From an uncultured Clostridia bacterium (GTDB lineage: Bacteria; Bacillota; Clostridia; TANB77; CAG-508), in NCBI GenBank assembly GCA_934157205.1, contig CAKPHJ010000005.1, forward strand, positions 52-64,051: 64,000 bases of DNA, written 5' to 3'. The notes beneath the pieces are model-generated. The model did not search any database, was not told where the DNA came from, and saw only the letters and a list, made by a program, of their open reading frames with translations. A program made the translations under genes and the position numbers. Every line of letters begins with the position of its first letter. Position 1 is the first letter of the stretch. This document shows, piece by piece, positions 47,557-56,755 of the stretch.

Positions 47557-48243
47557 TTACATCATTTGTGAAAATATGCTTGTGTACTTTTTTTCTCCAA
47601 TTACAATATGGTCTACAAGTTCTATTCCTATTGCTTCAGATATTTCATATAGCACCTTTGTATATTTAATGTCTTGCTGACTTGGTGTCGGATCTCCGCT
47701 TGGATGATTGTGAACTAGTATTATTTTAGGTGCTTTCATTTTTATTGGCTCTGATAAAACTTCTTTTATTGTTATGCTTGCAAAATTTGTTCCACCATAT
47801 GCAATGTCTTCTATTTTTAATATTTTATTTTTATTGTTTAATATTATTATTTTAGCTATTTCTTTTTTTTGAAATCTTAATTCTTCCATTACTAGTTTAG
47901 CAATATCTTCTGGTTTTTTTATTGTTATTTTTTTGTAATTTACTGGCTGTCCCATTCTAATTGATAGTTCTGCAACCGCTTTTAATTGAATTGCTTTTAT
48001 TCTTCCAATTCCTTTTATTTGTTTTAGTTCTTCTATGTCTAAATTTTTTAGAAAGTTAAGTCCCTCGTTTGTGTCATTTAATTTTAATATTCTTTGTGCT
48101 ACTTGTAATGATGTTTCTTCTTTTGTTCCTGTTTTTATTATTATTGCTATTAATTCTGCGTTTGATAAATTTTTTGCTCCATATGCTTCTAATTTTTCAT
48201 ATGGTCTTTCCATTTCAGGCAATTCTTTCATTTTTACTGACAT
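47557..48243 (-). CDS. radC: RadC-family (JAMM/MPN) protein
   Basis: 228 aa. HhH-like N-terminus, GIGRIKAIQLKA, and the JAMM motif HNHPSGDPTPSQQD. Confidence 0.9.
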   Translation of the reverse strand: MSVKMKELPEMERPYEKLEAYGAKNLSNAELIAIIIKTGTKEETSLQVAQRILKLNDTNEGLNFLKNLDIEELKQIKGIGRIKAIQLKAVAELSIRMGQPVNYKKITIKKPEDIAKLVMEELRFQKKEIAKIIILNNKNKILKIEDIAYGGTNFASITIKEVLSEPIKMKAPKIILVHNHPSGDPTPSQQDIKYTKVLYEISEAIGIELVDHIVIGEKKYTSIFSQMM

Positions 48244-48290
48244 TATATCTTTCCCTTCTTTTTTAAATTGCCCTATTTTTTACTATATTT

Positions 48291-48548
48291 TTATATTTTT
48301 TGATATATAAATATTGCTAATACCATCCCTATAATACTAGATACACTAATTTTAAACATTAGTGCAAATGTTATTTTCATAATTCCTATATCTACAATCA
48401 TTGGATTTTCTAAACCGAAGCTTTGACTATATGATAACCACCATAACCAGTTTACTTGTTTTGCTAGTTCACCTAATAAACCTCCAACTACTAAACCTGA
48501 TAAAATAAATATTATTAATACCCATATATTTTTTTCTTTTGTTGCCAT
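48291..48548 (-). CDS. DUF4321-like small membrane protein
   Basis: 85 aa with two TM segments. The position upstream of radC-mreB is typical in Clostridia. Confidence 0.6.
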   Translation of the reverse strand: MATKEKNIWVLIIFILSGLVVGGLLGELAKQVNWLWWLSYSQSFGLENPMIVDIGIMKITFALMFKISVSSIIGMVLAIFIYQKI

Positions 48549-48763
48549 TTTTTCACATTCTTTCTTAATTTATTTTTTACCTTTTTTATTTTTTTCTTAC
48601 GGATTTTTGCATTATATTTCCATCTTTGTAATTATAACTTGATTTAGCAAATTTTTCAAGTATATATACATATATTTTTAAAATAAAAGTTACCAAAAAT
48701 TATATCTTTAAATATAATAAAATTAGTAGTATAATATATTTAGTATCTGATTAGGAGGAACGT

Positions 48764-49396
48764 ATGAAAATAGAAAAAATTACAGAAAATAAGATTAGAG
48801 TTATTATTGATATTGATGATTTAGAAAAAGATAATACTGATTTGAAAGCAATTTTTAATAAAAATTTACCTACTCAAGATTTTTTTCTTAATATATTAAA
48901 AAAAGCTGAAAAAGAAGTGGATTTTTATACAGATGGTTGTAAACTTTTAATAGAAGCTTTTACATCTACTGATAATGTTGTAGTTTTTACTATAACTAAA
49001 TATGCTTCAGATAAGAAAAATACATTTGATAATTTAAAAAGGAGAAAAATAAAAACCAAACGTAAATCTTTCAATTTTCAAAATAATACTGCTATATATT
49101 GTTTTGAAAATTTTGATATTTTTTGCGATTTTTGTTGTGCTTTAAATAATTTTAAAAATTTTTCTGCAAAAAAACTTTCAAAAGATATTTCTTTATATTT
49201 GTATAATGATACATATTATTTAGTTTTGAAAAATATTGACATAAAGTATGAAAGCTTAAAATTATTTTATTCTACAATTTCAGAATTTTCAAAATCTACT
49301 CATTTTTCTAATAATTTTTCAAATAAACTTTTGGAACATGGAAAAGTAATTATTAAGAAAAATGCTATTAATATTGCTATTAAACATTTTGCTTAA
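48764..49396 (+). CDS. mecA: Adaptor protein MecA (ClpC adaptor)
   Basis: MKIEKITENKIRVIIDIDDLEKD... at the N-terminus, and C-terminal YLYNDTYYLVL...LLEHGKVIIKKNAINIAIKHFA, collinear with B. subtilis MecA (YSFENRYYLYV...LEEYGKLIISEHALETIKKHFAS). Confidence 0.8.
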   Translation: MKIEKITENKIRVIIDIDDLEKDNTDLKAIFNKNLPTQDFFLNILKKAEKEVDFYTDGCKLLIEAFTSTDNVVVFTITKYASDKKNTFDNLKRRKIKTKRKSFNFQNNTAIYCFENFDIFCDFCCALNNFKNFSAKKLSKDISLYLYNDTYYLVLKNIDIKYESLKLFYSTISEFSKSTHFSNNFSNKLLEHGKVIIKKNAINIAIKHFA

Positions 49397-49446
49397 AAGG
49401 GACTTTTGGAGACTGCTTAATGTAGTCTCTTTTTAGCCCCCTTTTT
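49397..49446. terminator. Bidirectional terminator between mecA and the M23 peptidase gene
   Basis: AAAAGGG...GGAGACT-GCTTAATGT-AGTCTC(T)TTTT...CCCCCTTTTTTT forms nested stems flanked by A and T runs. Confidence 0.6.
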
Positions 49447-50487
49447 TTAATATAAATAATTTTGTGGATTATATGCCACTCCATTTATTCTAATTTCTAA
49501 ATGCAAATGTGGTCCTGTTGAATTTCCTGTTGATCCGACTGCTGCAATAGTTTGTCCTTGGGTTACTGTTGTTCCAGCTGATACATATAGTTTACTGCAA
49601 TGTCCATAATATGTTTGTACTCCATTTCCATGTGATATAACTATCATGTTTCCATATGAGCCTTTATATCCTGAAAATGTTACTGTTCCAGATGCTGCTG
49701 CTTTTATTGGTGTTCCTGTAGCAATAGCTATATCTAACCCTGTGTGTGCTGAACTTCTTATACTACTTCTTACGCCAAATCTTGATGTTATTGTTCCAGA
49801 TACTGGTTTTATTAATGATATTGAAAGTCCTGCTTTTCCTGATGATGTAGTTGTTGCTGTGTTTACACTTCCTATAGCTGAATATTTTTGTTTATTTGAT
49901 GTTTCTGTAGTTGTGTTTGTATTTTTTGCAACTTTTACATTTTTTTGTGGTTCTACATATAATTTTGATATTGCTTCTTCTGATGTTATTAGCTCTTTTA
50001 CATCTGCTTCGTATTTTTCTAAAATAGAAATGTTTTCAATATTTGAACTGTTTTTTTCTTTTAATCCATTTACTACTTGTTCTGCTGATTCAAAGTCTTT
50101 TACATACATTTTTTCTTCTTGATTTTCTAGTATTGCATAGTAACGGTAATATGTTATTCCTTCGTTTTTTACTTGATTATATATTTCGTCGTCATTTGTT
50201 ACTATATTTTTCTTTAATAAACATAACTTATATTCTGGTAGATTGTTTACTTGAACAAATGCTACACTTGAATTTTCGCTATCTTCTCCTTTTTTTATGT
50301 ATTCATTTATTCTTTTTTGTAATGATGATTTGTTTTCTGTATATCCTACTTGTTTTCCTGCAATGCTTACACTGTATGTTGGTTTATATAAAAATGCAAC
50401 TATTCCAATTATTAAGAAAACTGCTATTAAAAAAAGTAACGTAAATTTTATACCTCTTTTGGTGTGTATTATTACTTTTTTGAACAT
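49447..50487 (-). CDS. M23 family metallopeptidase (peptidoglycan endopeptidase), membrane anchored
   Basis: 346 aa. N-terminal TM segment and a C-terminal LytM domain with HTGLDIA...GYKGSYGNMIVISHG...GSTGNSTGPHLHLEI. Confidence 0.9.
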   Translation of the reverse strand: MFKKVIIHTKRGIKFTLLFLIAVFLIIGIVAFLYKPTYSVSIAGKQVGYTENKSSLQKRINEYIKKGEDSENSSVAFVQVNNLPEYKLCLLKKNIVTNDDEIYNQVKNEGITYYRYYAILENQEEKMYVKDFESAEQVVNGLKEKNSSNIENISILEKYEADVKELITSEEAISKLYVEPQKNVKVAKNTNTTTETSNKQKYSAIGSVNTATTTSSGKAGLSISLIKPVSGTITSRFGVRSSIRSSAHTGLDIAIATGTPIKAAASGTVTFSGYKGSYGNMIVISHGNGVQTYYGHCSKLYVSAGTTVTQGQTIAAVGSTGNSTGPHLHLEIRINGVAYNPQNYLY

Positions 50488-50718
50488 TTATTAATCAAAC
50501 TCCTTTGTATTTTAATTTATTTAAATGTATTCTTCTTTTATTTTTTGTGTAATTATGTACATTATTTTCTTTTTGTAATTCTTCTTGTAATAATATTGTA
50601 ATATTCTTTTTTTTGCAATATGTAGTAATGTTTGATTTTCCTAGTTTTTTATTGTTTTTTATGTTTTCTCTTTAATTCTTTCTTTTTATCTCTCTTTTTT
50701 AATATTTTATATACCAAA

Positions 50719-50800
50719 AACGACTTATTCTCACTCAATTTAAGTTTTCGACTAAAAGGAGAAAATCTCAAATGGCTTGTGATTATAGCTTTTTATATAA
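50719..50800 (+). repeat. Intergenic repeat family copy C
   Basis: ...CAATTTAAGTTTTCGACTAAAAGGAGAAAATCTCAAATGGCTTGTGATTATAGCTTTTTATATAA aligns with copy D and with the reverse complement of copy A. Confidence 0.7.
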
Positions 50801-50866
50801 TTGAAGAATGATATTTCCTATTATGCAAAAAAACATACTTGCTATAATAACAAGTACGTTTTTATT

Positions 50867-51109
50867 TTATCCTAATTCAGTTTTTACTGTGTTTACTTCA
50901 GTTGTTGTAGCTTTTTGGGCTGGTACATAATAACCTTTTGATTGTGCTATTTTAAATAATTCATATTGAAAACTTTCATCATTATTTCTTATTTGTTGAA
51001 AAGTTTGTCTTAATTGCATATTTTCAGCTTCTGATATTGCTGTTTGATATGCTGTTAAATCTGCTTTTACACTTCCTAAAATATCATTTACCATTGTTTT
51101 CTCTTCCAT
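50867..51109 (-). CDS. Spore coat protein, CotF-like (Coat F domain)
   Basis: DILGSVKADLTAYQTAISEAENMQLRQTFQQIRNNDESFQYELFKIAQSKGYY is a Coat-F-type sequence. ATG 51109 is preferred; the track uses TTG 51115. Confidence 0.7.
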   Translation of the reverse strand: MEEKTMVNDILGSVKADLTAYQTAISEAENMQLRQTFQQIRNNDESFQYELFKIAQSKGYYVPAQKATTTEVNTVKTELG

Positions 51110-51128
51110 AATCAATTTTCCTTTCTTT

Positions 51129-51326
51129 TTAATTATTTAAAAATGTCATAAGTTTTTGTTTTGTGTTTAACGCATCTTGTGCCGATTTTGTAAATATTTG
51201 TTTAATTTGAGGATCTACCGCTTGTGATGAATATACATTTAATTTTTGATATGCAGTTTCATGTGCTCCAATTAAATGTCTTAAATGTTGTAATTCTATT
51301 TGATTTAAATCTGCCATTTTCATCAT
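51129..51326 (-). CDS. Small spore-coat-associated protein (partner of the CotF-like gene)
   Basis: The 65-aa protein ADLNQIELQHLRHLIGAHETAYQKLNVYSSQAVDPQIKQIF sits immediately upstream of the CotF-like ORF, the usual two-gene arrangement in Clostridia. Confidence 0.55.
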   Translation of the reverse strand: MMKMADLNQIELQHLRHLIGAHETAYQKLNVYSSQAVDPQIKQIFTKSAQDALNTKQKLMTFLNN

Positions 51327-51467
51327 TCCTTTCTTATAAAAATATTTATGGCAAAACCATTGTTTTACTTTAAATATTATTTACACTATGTGTTTTTTTA
51401 TACAAAATAAAAGAACAAATAAGATATTTTTTAAATTTTTCTTATTTGTTCTTTTTTAGTTTTATTT

Positions 51468-53777
51468 TTATATTATTTCTAAATTTGCATATTTTGCCAT
51501 TAATCTCTTATGTCCAACTTTATCAAAATTTATATCAACTTTTAAATCTTCACCTTCTGGTTCTACAAGATTTATTGTTCCTTCACCAAATTTTTTATGA
51601 AATACTCTTACTCCTGCTTCATATTTTGATAAATCTACTTCTTTTTTCATTCCTACTTTTTTTCCAATGTTATTTAAGAAGCTTTCTGCTGTACGGAACG
51701 CAAAATTATTGCTTTTTGCTGAAGCCATTGCTGGTTGTTTTTCGTTTATTTTATATGATTTTACTTCACTATTATTTTTGCTTCCATATGTCCAACTGTA
51801 TGGTGAATTTTTAAACATTTCTTCTTTGTTTGTTTTTGTTCCAAATGATTGCTCATATCCTTCTAATAGTTCTTGAGGAATTTCCTCTAAAAATCTTGAT
51901 ACAGGATTATAACTTGTAGAGCCAAATATTGTTCTTTGTTTGCTGCATGTTAAAAATAAATTTTCTTTTGCTCTTGTTATTCCAACATAACATAAACGTC
52001 TTTCTTCTTCAAGTTCTTGTGGTTCCATCATTGATTGGCGACCTGGAAATATTCCTTCTTCCATTCCTATTAAGAAAACAACTGGAAATTCAAGACCTTT
52101 TGCACTATGTAATGTCATTAATGTTACTGTTTCTTCTTCCTCTTCATCTATGTTATCTAAATCACTTGAAAGTGTTATTCCCTCAAGGAAATCACTTAAT
52201 GAGTTTTCTGCAAATTCTTCTTCAAACTCTATTGCTACTGTTAAAAATTCTTCAAGGTTGGCTATTCTGTTTTCAGCTTCTATTGTTTTTTCTGCTTCTA
52301 ATGCTTTGGTATATCCTGTCTTTTTTAATGTCATTTTTATTAATTCTGATATTGATAATTTTTCTTTTTGTTGTTTTAATTCTTCAATTATATTTATAAA
52401 GTCTCTTGAATTTAAATAAACTCTGTTTAAACCATATTGGTCTGAATTTTTTATTATTTCATACATTGATTGTTCGCTTTCTATTGCTATTTGCTCAATT
52501 TTATCTAAGCTTGTTTTTCCAATTCCTCTTTTTGGTTCGTTTATAATTCTTTTTAAACTTAAATTATCATTATTATTTTGAATTAATCTTAAATATGCTA
52601 TTGTGTCTTTTATTTCTTTTCTTTCATAGAATTTTAGTCCACCTACTATTTTATATGGAATATTTTCTCTTCTTAAAATGTCTTCTATTGCCCTAGATTG
52701 TGTGTTCATTCTGTATAATATTGCAAAATCAGAATATTTATAATATTCTTCTCTTTTTAATTGTTCTATTTGTTCAACAATATATGCTCCTTCGTCATAT
52801 TCATTGTCTGCTTGATATACTTTAGGTAAATTTCCATCTTCGTTTTGTGTCCATAGTTCTTTTTTATATTTTACTTCATTATTTTTTATTACAGCATTTG
52901 CAGCTTTTAAAATATTTCCTGTACAACGATAATTTTGCTCTAATTTTATTATTTTTGTTCCTGGAAAATCTCTTTCAAAATTTAAAATATTTGAAATATC
53001 TGCCCCCCTAAAGCTATAAATTCCTTGATCATTATCACCAACAACAGTTATATTTCCGTTTTTAGATGCAAATAATGTTACCAATGTAAACTGTGATTTG
53101 TTTGTATCTTGGTATTCGTCTACCAAAACATATTTAAATTTATTTGCATAATATTCTAAAATATCTTGATTTTCCATTAATATTTTTATTGTATAATTTA
53201 TAATGTCATCAAAATCAATTGCATTATTTTCTTTTAACCTTTTTTGATATAATTCATATACAGTTGCAATTTTTTCTTTACGATAATCCCCTGTAGCCCT
53301 AGCTTTGTATTGTTCTGGTTCTAACATTTCATTTTTAGCATTGCTTATTTCAGATAAAACACTTTTTTCGTTAAATAATTTTTCATCAATTGATAAATCT
53401 TTTAAACAACCTTTTACTAGTGTTTTTTGATCTGATGAATCAAATATTATAAATGAAGATTCAAATCCAATTCTGTCTATAAATCTTCTAAGTATACGCA
53501 CACATATAGAATGGAATGTTCCCATCCATATGTCTTTTGCTTGTTCTCCTATTAAATCCGCTATTCTCTGTTTCATTTCATTTGCTGCTTTGTTTGTAAA
53601 TGTTATTGCCAAAATGTCCCATGGTTTCGCATTTTTTTCATTTATTAAATATGCTATTTTATGTGTTAAAACTTTAGTTTTTCCACTTCCAGCTCCTGCA
53701 ATTACCAAGCATGGGCCTTCTGTGTTTACTACTGCTTCATATTGTTTGTTATTTAATCCTTTTAATATATCTTGCAT
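51468..53777 (-). CDS. pcrA: ATP-dependent DNA helicase PcrA (UvrD family)
   Basis: 769 aa. LNNKQYEAV, AGAGSGKTKVLTHKIAYL (Walker A), VDEYQDTN (motif II), TLHSAKGLEFPVVF and VGITRA. Confidence 0.95.
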   Translation of the reverse strand: MQDILKGLNNKQYEAVVNTEGPCLVIAGAGSGKTKVLTHKIAYLINEKNAKPWDILAITFTNKAANEMKQRIADLIGEQAKDIWMGTFHSICVRILRRFIDRIGFESSFIIFDSSDQKTLVKGCLKDLSIDEKLFNEKSVLSEISNAKNEMLEPEQYKARATGDYRKEKIATVYELYQKRLKENNAIDFDDIINYTIKILMENQDILEYYANKFKYVLVDEYQDTNKSQFTLVTLFASKNGNITVVGDNDQGIYSFRGADISNILNFERDFPGTKIIKLEQNYRCTGNILKAANAVIKNNEVKYKKELWTQNEDGNLPKVYQADNEYDEGAYIVEQIEQLKREEYYKYSDFAILYRMNTQSRAIEDILRRENIPYKIVGGLKFYERKEIKDTIAYLRLIQNNNDNLSLKRIINEPKRGIGKTSLDKIEQIAIESEQSMYEIIKNSDQYGLNRVYLNSRDFINIIEELKQQKEKLSISELIKMTLKKTGYTKALEAEKTIEAENRIANLEEFLTVAIEFEEEFAENSLSDFLEGITLSSDLDNIDEEEEETVTLMTLHSAKGLEFPVVFLIGMEEGIFPGRQSMMEPQELEEERRLCYVGITRAKENLFLTCSKQRTIFGSTSYNPVSRFLEEIPQELLEGYEQSFGTKTNKEEMFKNSPYSWTYGSKNNSEVKSYKINEKQPAMASAKSNNFAFRTAESFLNNIGKKVGMKKEVDLSKYEAGVRVFHKKFGEGTINLVEPEGEDLKVDINFDKVGHKRLMAKYANLEII

Positions 53778-53884
53778 TTTTTTCTTCCTTCCTCAAGCTA
53801 ATTTTTACGTTTTTATAATGTTTTTTACCTTATTTCTATATTTCAAAATTATATAATTTTAAACTTACAAAGTCAATACAATAG

Positions 53885-54493
53885 TTATATTTGTGTAGCA
53901 AATATTCCTATTAAAAATCCTATAATATTGCCAATAGCTGTCATTCTTCCTTTATATAATTTATTTGATTCTGGTACAAGTTCTCCTGAAACAATATATA
54001 GCATTGCACCAGCTGCAAAGCTTAAACATATTGATATTATTGTTTTAGATATTGATCCTATTATTGCTCCAAAAAATGCACCTATGCCTGTAGTAATTCC
54101 TGATAATATTACATAAAAAATCACTTTACTTTTCGACATTCCTCCGATTTTCATTGGCACCGCCATTGATATTCCTTCTGGTATGTCATGTAAACATATT
54201 GCAATTGCTAAACTTAGTCCCAAACTAATTGAAGATTCAAAACCAGAGCCAATGGCCAATCCTTCTGGAAAATTGTGTATGGCTAATCCTATTGAAACTA
54301 TTATTCCTGTTTTTAATAAATCATTATTATTTAATTTTTTATTATTAAATTTTTTTTGCACAATTACATCACAATATATCATAGATATTATTCCAATTAA
54401 AATTCCAAAAATAATCCCATATATATTGTTAATTTCCATTGCTTCTGGAATTAAATCAAAGCAAATTACGGCCATCATTAGTCCGAGATGCAA
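53885..54493 (-). CDS. ZIP family metal transporter, C-terminal part (after a +1 frame break)
   Basis: HNFPEGLAIGSGF and HDIPEGISMAVP are ZIP/ZupT signatures. The frame is open upstream only to ~54510. Confidence 0.85.
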   Translation of the reverse strand: MHLGLMMAVICFDLIPEAMEINNIYGIIFGILIGIISMIYCDVIVQKKFNNKKLNNNDLLKTGIIVSIGLAIHNFPEGLAIGSGFESSISLGLSLAIAICLHDIPEGISMAVPMKIGGMSKSKVIFYVILSGITTGIGAFFGAIIGSISKTIISICLSFAAGAMLYIVSGELVPESNKLYKGRMTAIGNIIGFLIGIFATQI

Positions 54494-54620
54494 ATGAAAG
54501 AATAAAACTTAAAAATTTATTAGAATTTTTTTTCATTACAATTCCAATAATTCCTCCAAGTGTTGTTCCAAATGTTCCAAAAAACAATCCTAAAATTGTT
54601 GTTTTTAATATTTCATTCAT
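54456..54620 (-). CDS. ZIP family metal transporter, N-terminal 45 codons (frame ends 8 codons after an in-frame CGG)
   Basis: ATG 54620 behind AAGGAG. MNEILKTTILGLFFGTFGTTLGGIIGIVMKKNSNKFLSFILSFAS-CGG... It is below the size cut-off of the ORF track. Joining at C|GGA gives ...LSFASGLMMAVICFDLIPEA. Confidence 0.7.
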   Translation of the reverse strand: MNEILKTTILGLFFGTFGTTLGGIIGIVMKKNSNKFLSFILSFASRTNDGRNLL

Positions 54621-54701
54621 TAATAAAAACTCCTTAAAATAAATATATTTAATATAATTTATTTTAAAGAGTTTAATTTTATTCTATTTTAATATTTGAT
54701 T

Positions 54702-55760
54702 TTATTCTTCACCTTTTAATTTTTCAGCTCTATCTGCTGCAATTAAATTGTCTATCATTTCGTCAATATCACCATTTAAGAAATTTTCCATTTGATATAT
54801 GCTCATTCCAATTCTGTGATCTGTTATTCTTCCTTGCGGATAGTTGTATGTTCTAATTTTTTCGCTTCTATCACCAGATCCTACTTGTGATTTTCTGCTA
54901 TTTGCTATTTCACTATCTTGTTTTTGTTTTTCTATTTCGTATAATTTTGTTCTAAGCATTTTCATTGCATTGTCTCTATTTTGAAATTGAGACCTTTCTG
55001 TTTGACATTCTACAACAATTCCTGTTGGTTCATGTATAAGTCTTACTGCTGATGATGTTTTATTTATATGTTGTCCTCCTGCACCTGATGAACGAAAAAC
55101 TTCCATTTTTATGTCTGATGGATTTATATCAATTTCAACATCTTCTACAACAGGTAATACTGCAACTGTAGCTGTTGATGTGTGAATTCTTCCACTGCTT
55201 TCTGTGTCTGGTACCCTTTGAACTCTATGAACTCCACTTTCAAATTTTAACCTACTATAAACGCCTTTTCCTGTTATCATAAATGATATTTCTTTATATC
55301 CTCCAAGACCTGTTTCGTTTTCATTTAATACTTCTAATTTCCAATGTTTTTTTTCGGCATACATTGTATACATTCTAAATAATGTACCCGCAAATAATGC
55401 AGCTTCTTCTCCACCGGCTCCAGCTCTAATTTCACAAATAATATTTTTGTCATCATCTGGATCTTTAGGTATTAATAAAACTTTTAGTTCTTCTTCTATT
55501 TTTGGCAATTTTTCTTTTGAATCGTAGTATTCAGTTTCGGCAAGTTCTTTCATTTCTGGGTCATGCATTAATTCCTCTGCTTCATCCATTGATTTTTTTA
55601 CGTTTTTATATTCTCTAAATTTTATTACAACTTCTTCAATTCCTGCATGTTCTTTCATTAATTTTTGCCATTCTGATTGATTAGCTATAACTTCTGGGTC
55701 TGATATTAATTTTGTAAGCTCTTCATATCTTTTTTCAACAGCTTCTAATTTTTCAAACAT
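54702..55760 (-). CDS. prfA: Peptide chain release factor 1
   Basis: 352 aa. GGQ motif [11 protein letters not shown] and the RF1-type P-x-T region [17 protein letters not shown]. Confidence 0.95.
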   Translation of the reverse strand: MFEKLEAVEKRYEELTKLISDPEVIANQSEWQKLMKEHAGIEEVVIKFREYKNVKKSMDEAEELMHDPEMKELAETEYYDSKEKLPKIEEELKVLLIPKDPDDDKNIICEIRAGAGGEEAALFAGTLFRMYTMYAEKKHWKLEVLNENETGLGGYKEISFMITGKGVYSRLKFESGVHRVQRVPDTESSGRIHTSTATVAVLPVVEDVEIDINPSDIKMEVFRSSGAGGQHINKTSSAVRLIHEPTGIVVECQTERSQFQNRDNAMKMLRTKLYEIEKQKQDSEIANSRKSQVGSGDRSEKIRTYNYPQGRITDHRIGMSIYQMENFLNGDIDEMIDNLIAADRAEKLKGEE

Positions 55761-55809
55761 TTTCTTCTCTCCTATCTTTTCTTTTTGCTTTTAATATTAT
55801 ACTACATCT

Positions 55810-56496
55810 TTATTTTAATTGCAAATTATATAGAGAGACCTTTTTTTCTAATTTTTTATATTCTTCAATTGCCAAAATAAAATCTAATATTGCAAATCCC
55901 AAAAGATTATTCAATATTGCTATTAAAAAATCCTTAACCCCAAATTCTATTTTATCTAAACTTATTATTATTGAAAATATAATAAAACTTCTTATATATT
56001 CATTTAAGTATTTTTTTATTATATATTTTTTTCTCTCATTTTTTCCTTGCTCTGTATCTTTCATATTAATTATTGTTTTATCCGAAGTTTTTAAATAATA
56101 TTTTATATTTTTTATAAAATAAACAAAACTTAAAATTGCAATAATAATATATAATAATACTCTTATTGTCTCATCAGTAATAAAAAAATTAATAAAATTT
56201 ATTATTGAAAAAACACTAGCTATTATAACTATTAAAATTGCAAAAATATAAAATCCTATATCTTTAATTTTTTTCTGCATAACAGATTCTTTTTTTTCTT
56301 TAACATCTCTAACCAAATTATCCATAGATACTCCAAACATATCTGCCATTTGTTTTAAATTTTGAATATCTGGCATTGATTGTCCACTTTCCCACTTAGT
56401 AACAGCTTGTCTAGAAACATTTAATTTTTCAGCTAATTGCTCTTGTGTCAAATTAGCTCCTTTTCTTAAATATTTTAAATTTTCATAAAATTCCAT
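55810..56496 (-). CDS. XRE-family HTH transcriptional regulator with a C-terminal multi-TM domain
   Basis: LRKGANLTQEQLAEKLNVSRQAVTKWESGQSMPDIQNLKQMADMFGVSMDNL is a Cro/C1 HTH, followed by 4 hydrophobic segments. Confidence 0.85.
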   Translation of the reverse strand: MEFYENLKYLRKGANLTQEQLAEKLNVSRQAVTKWESGQSMPDIQNLKQMADMFGVSMDNLVRDVKEKKESVMQKKIKDIGFYIFAILIVIIASVFSIINFINFFITDETIRVLLYIIIAILSFVYFIKNIKYYLKTSDKTIINMKDTEQGKNERKKYIIKKYLNEYIRSFIIFSIIISLDKIEFGVKDFLIAILNNLLGFAILDFILAIEEYKKLEKKVSLYNLQLK

Positions 56497-56619
56497 AAAA
56501 ATCCCTCCTCATATAATATTTAATTTTATTATAATTTATTTTCTATTTTTTTCTATAAACTTTTCTTTACATCTATGCTACTTATAGTTGCATAAACACT
56601 TTTTAAAAATTTTTAGTAT

Positions 56620-56747
56620 AAAACAAAGCGACTTTAGGTTGCCATTTGTTCTCGCCGATTTGAATTTTCGACTAAAAGGAGAAAATCTTAAAGGAACAGT
56701 AATTGTAGCTTTTATATACTAGGAAAGTAGAACTTTCCTAGTATATA
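56620..56747 (+). repeat. Intergenic repeat family copy D (full-length; 16-bp-stem terminal hairpin 56713-56747)
   Basis: ...GATTTGAATTTTCGACTAAAAGGAGAAAATCTTAAAGGAACAGTAATTGTAGCTTTTATATACTAGGAAAGTAGAACTTTCCTAGTATATA. Confidence 0.75.
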
Positions 56748-56755
56748 AAAAATAA

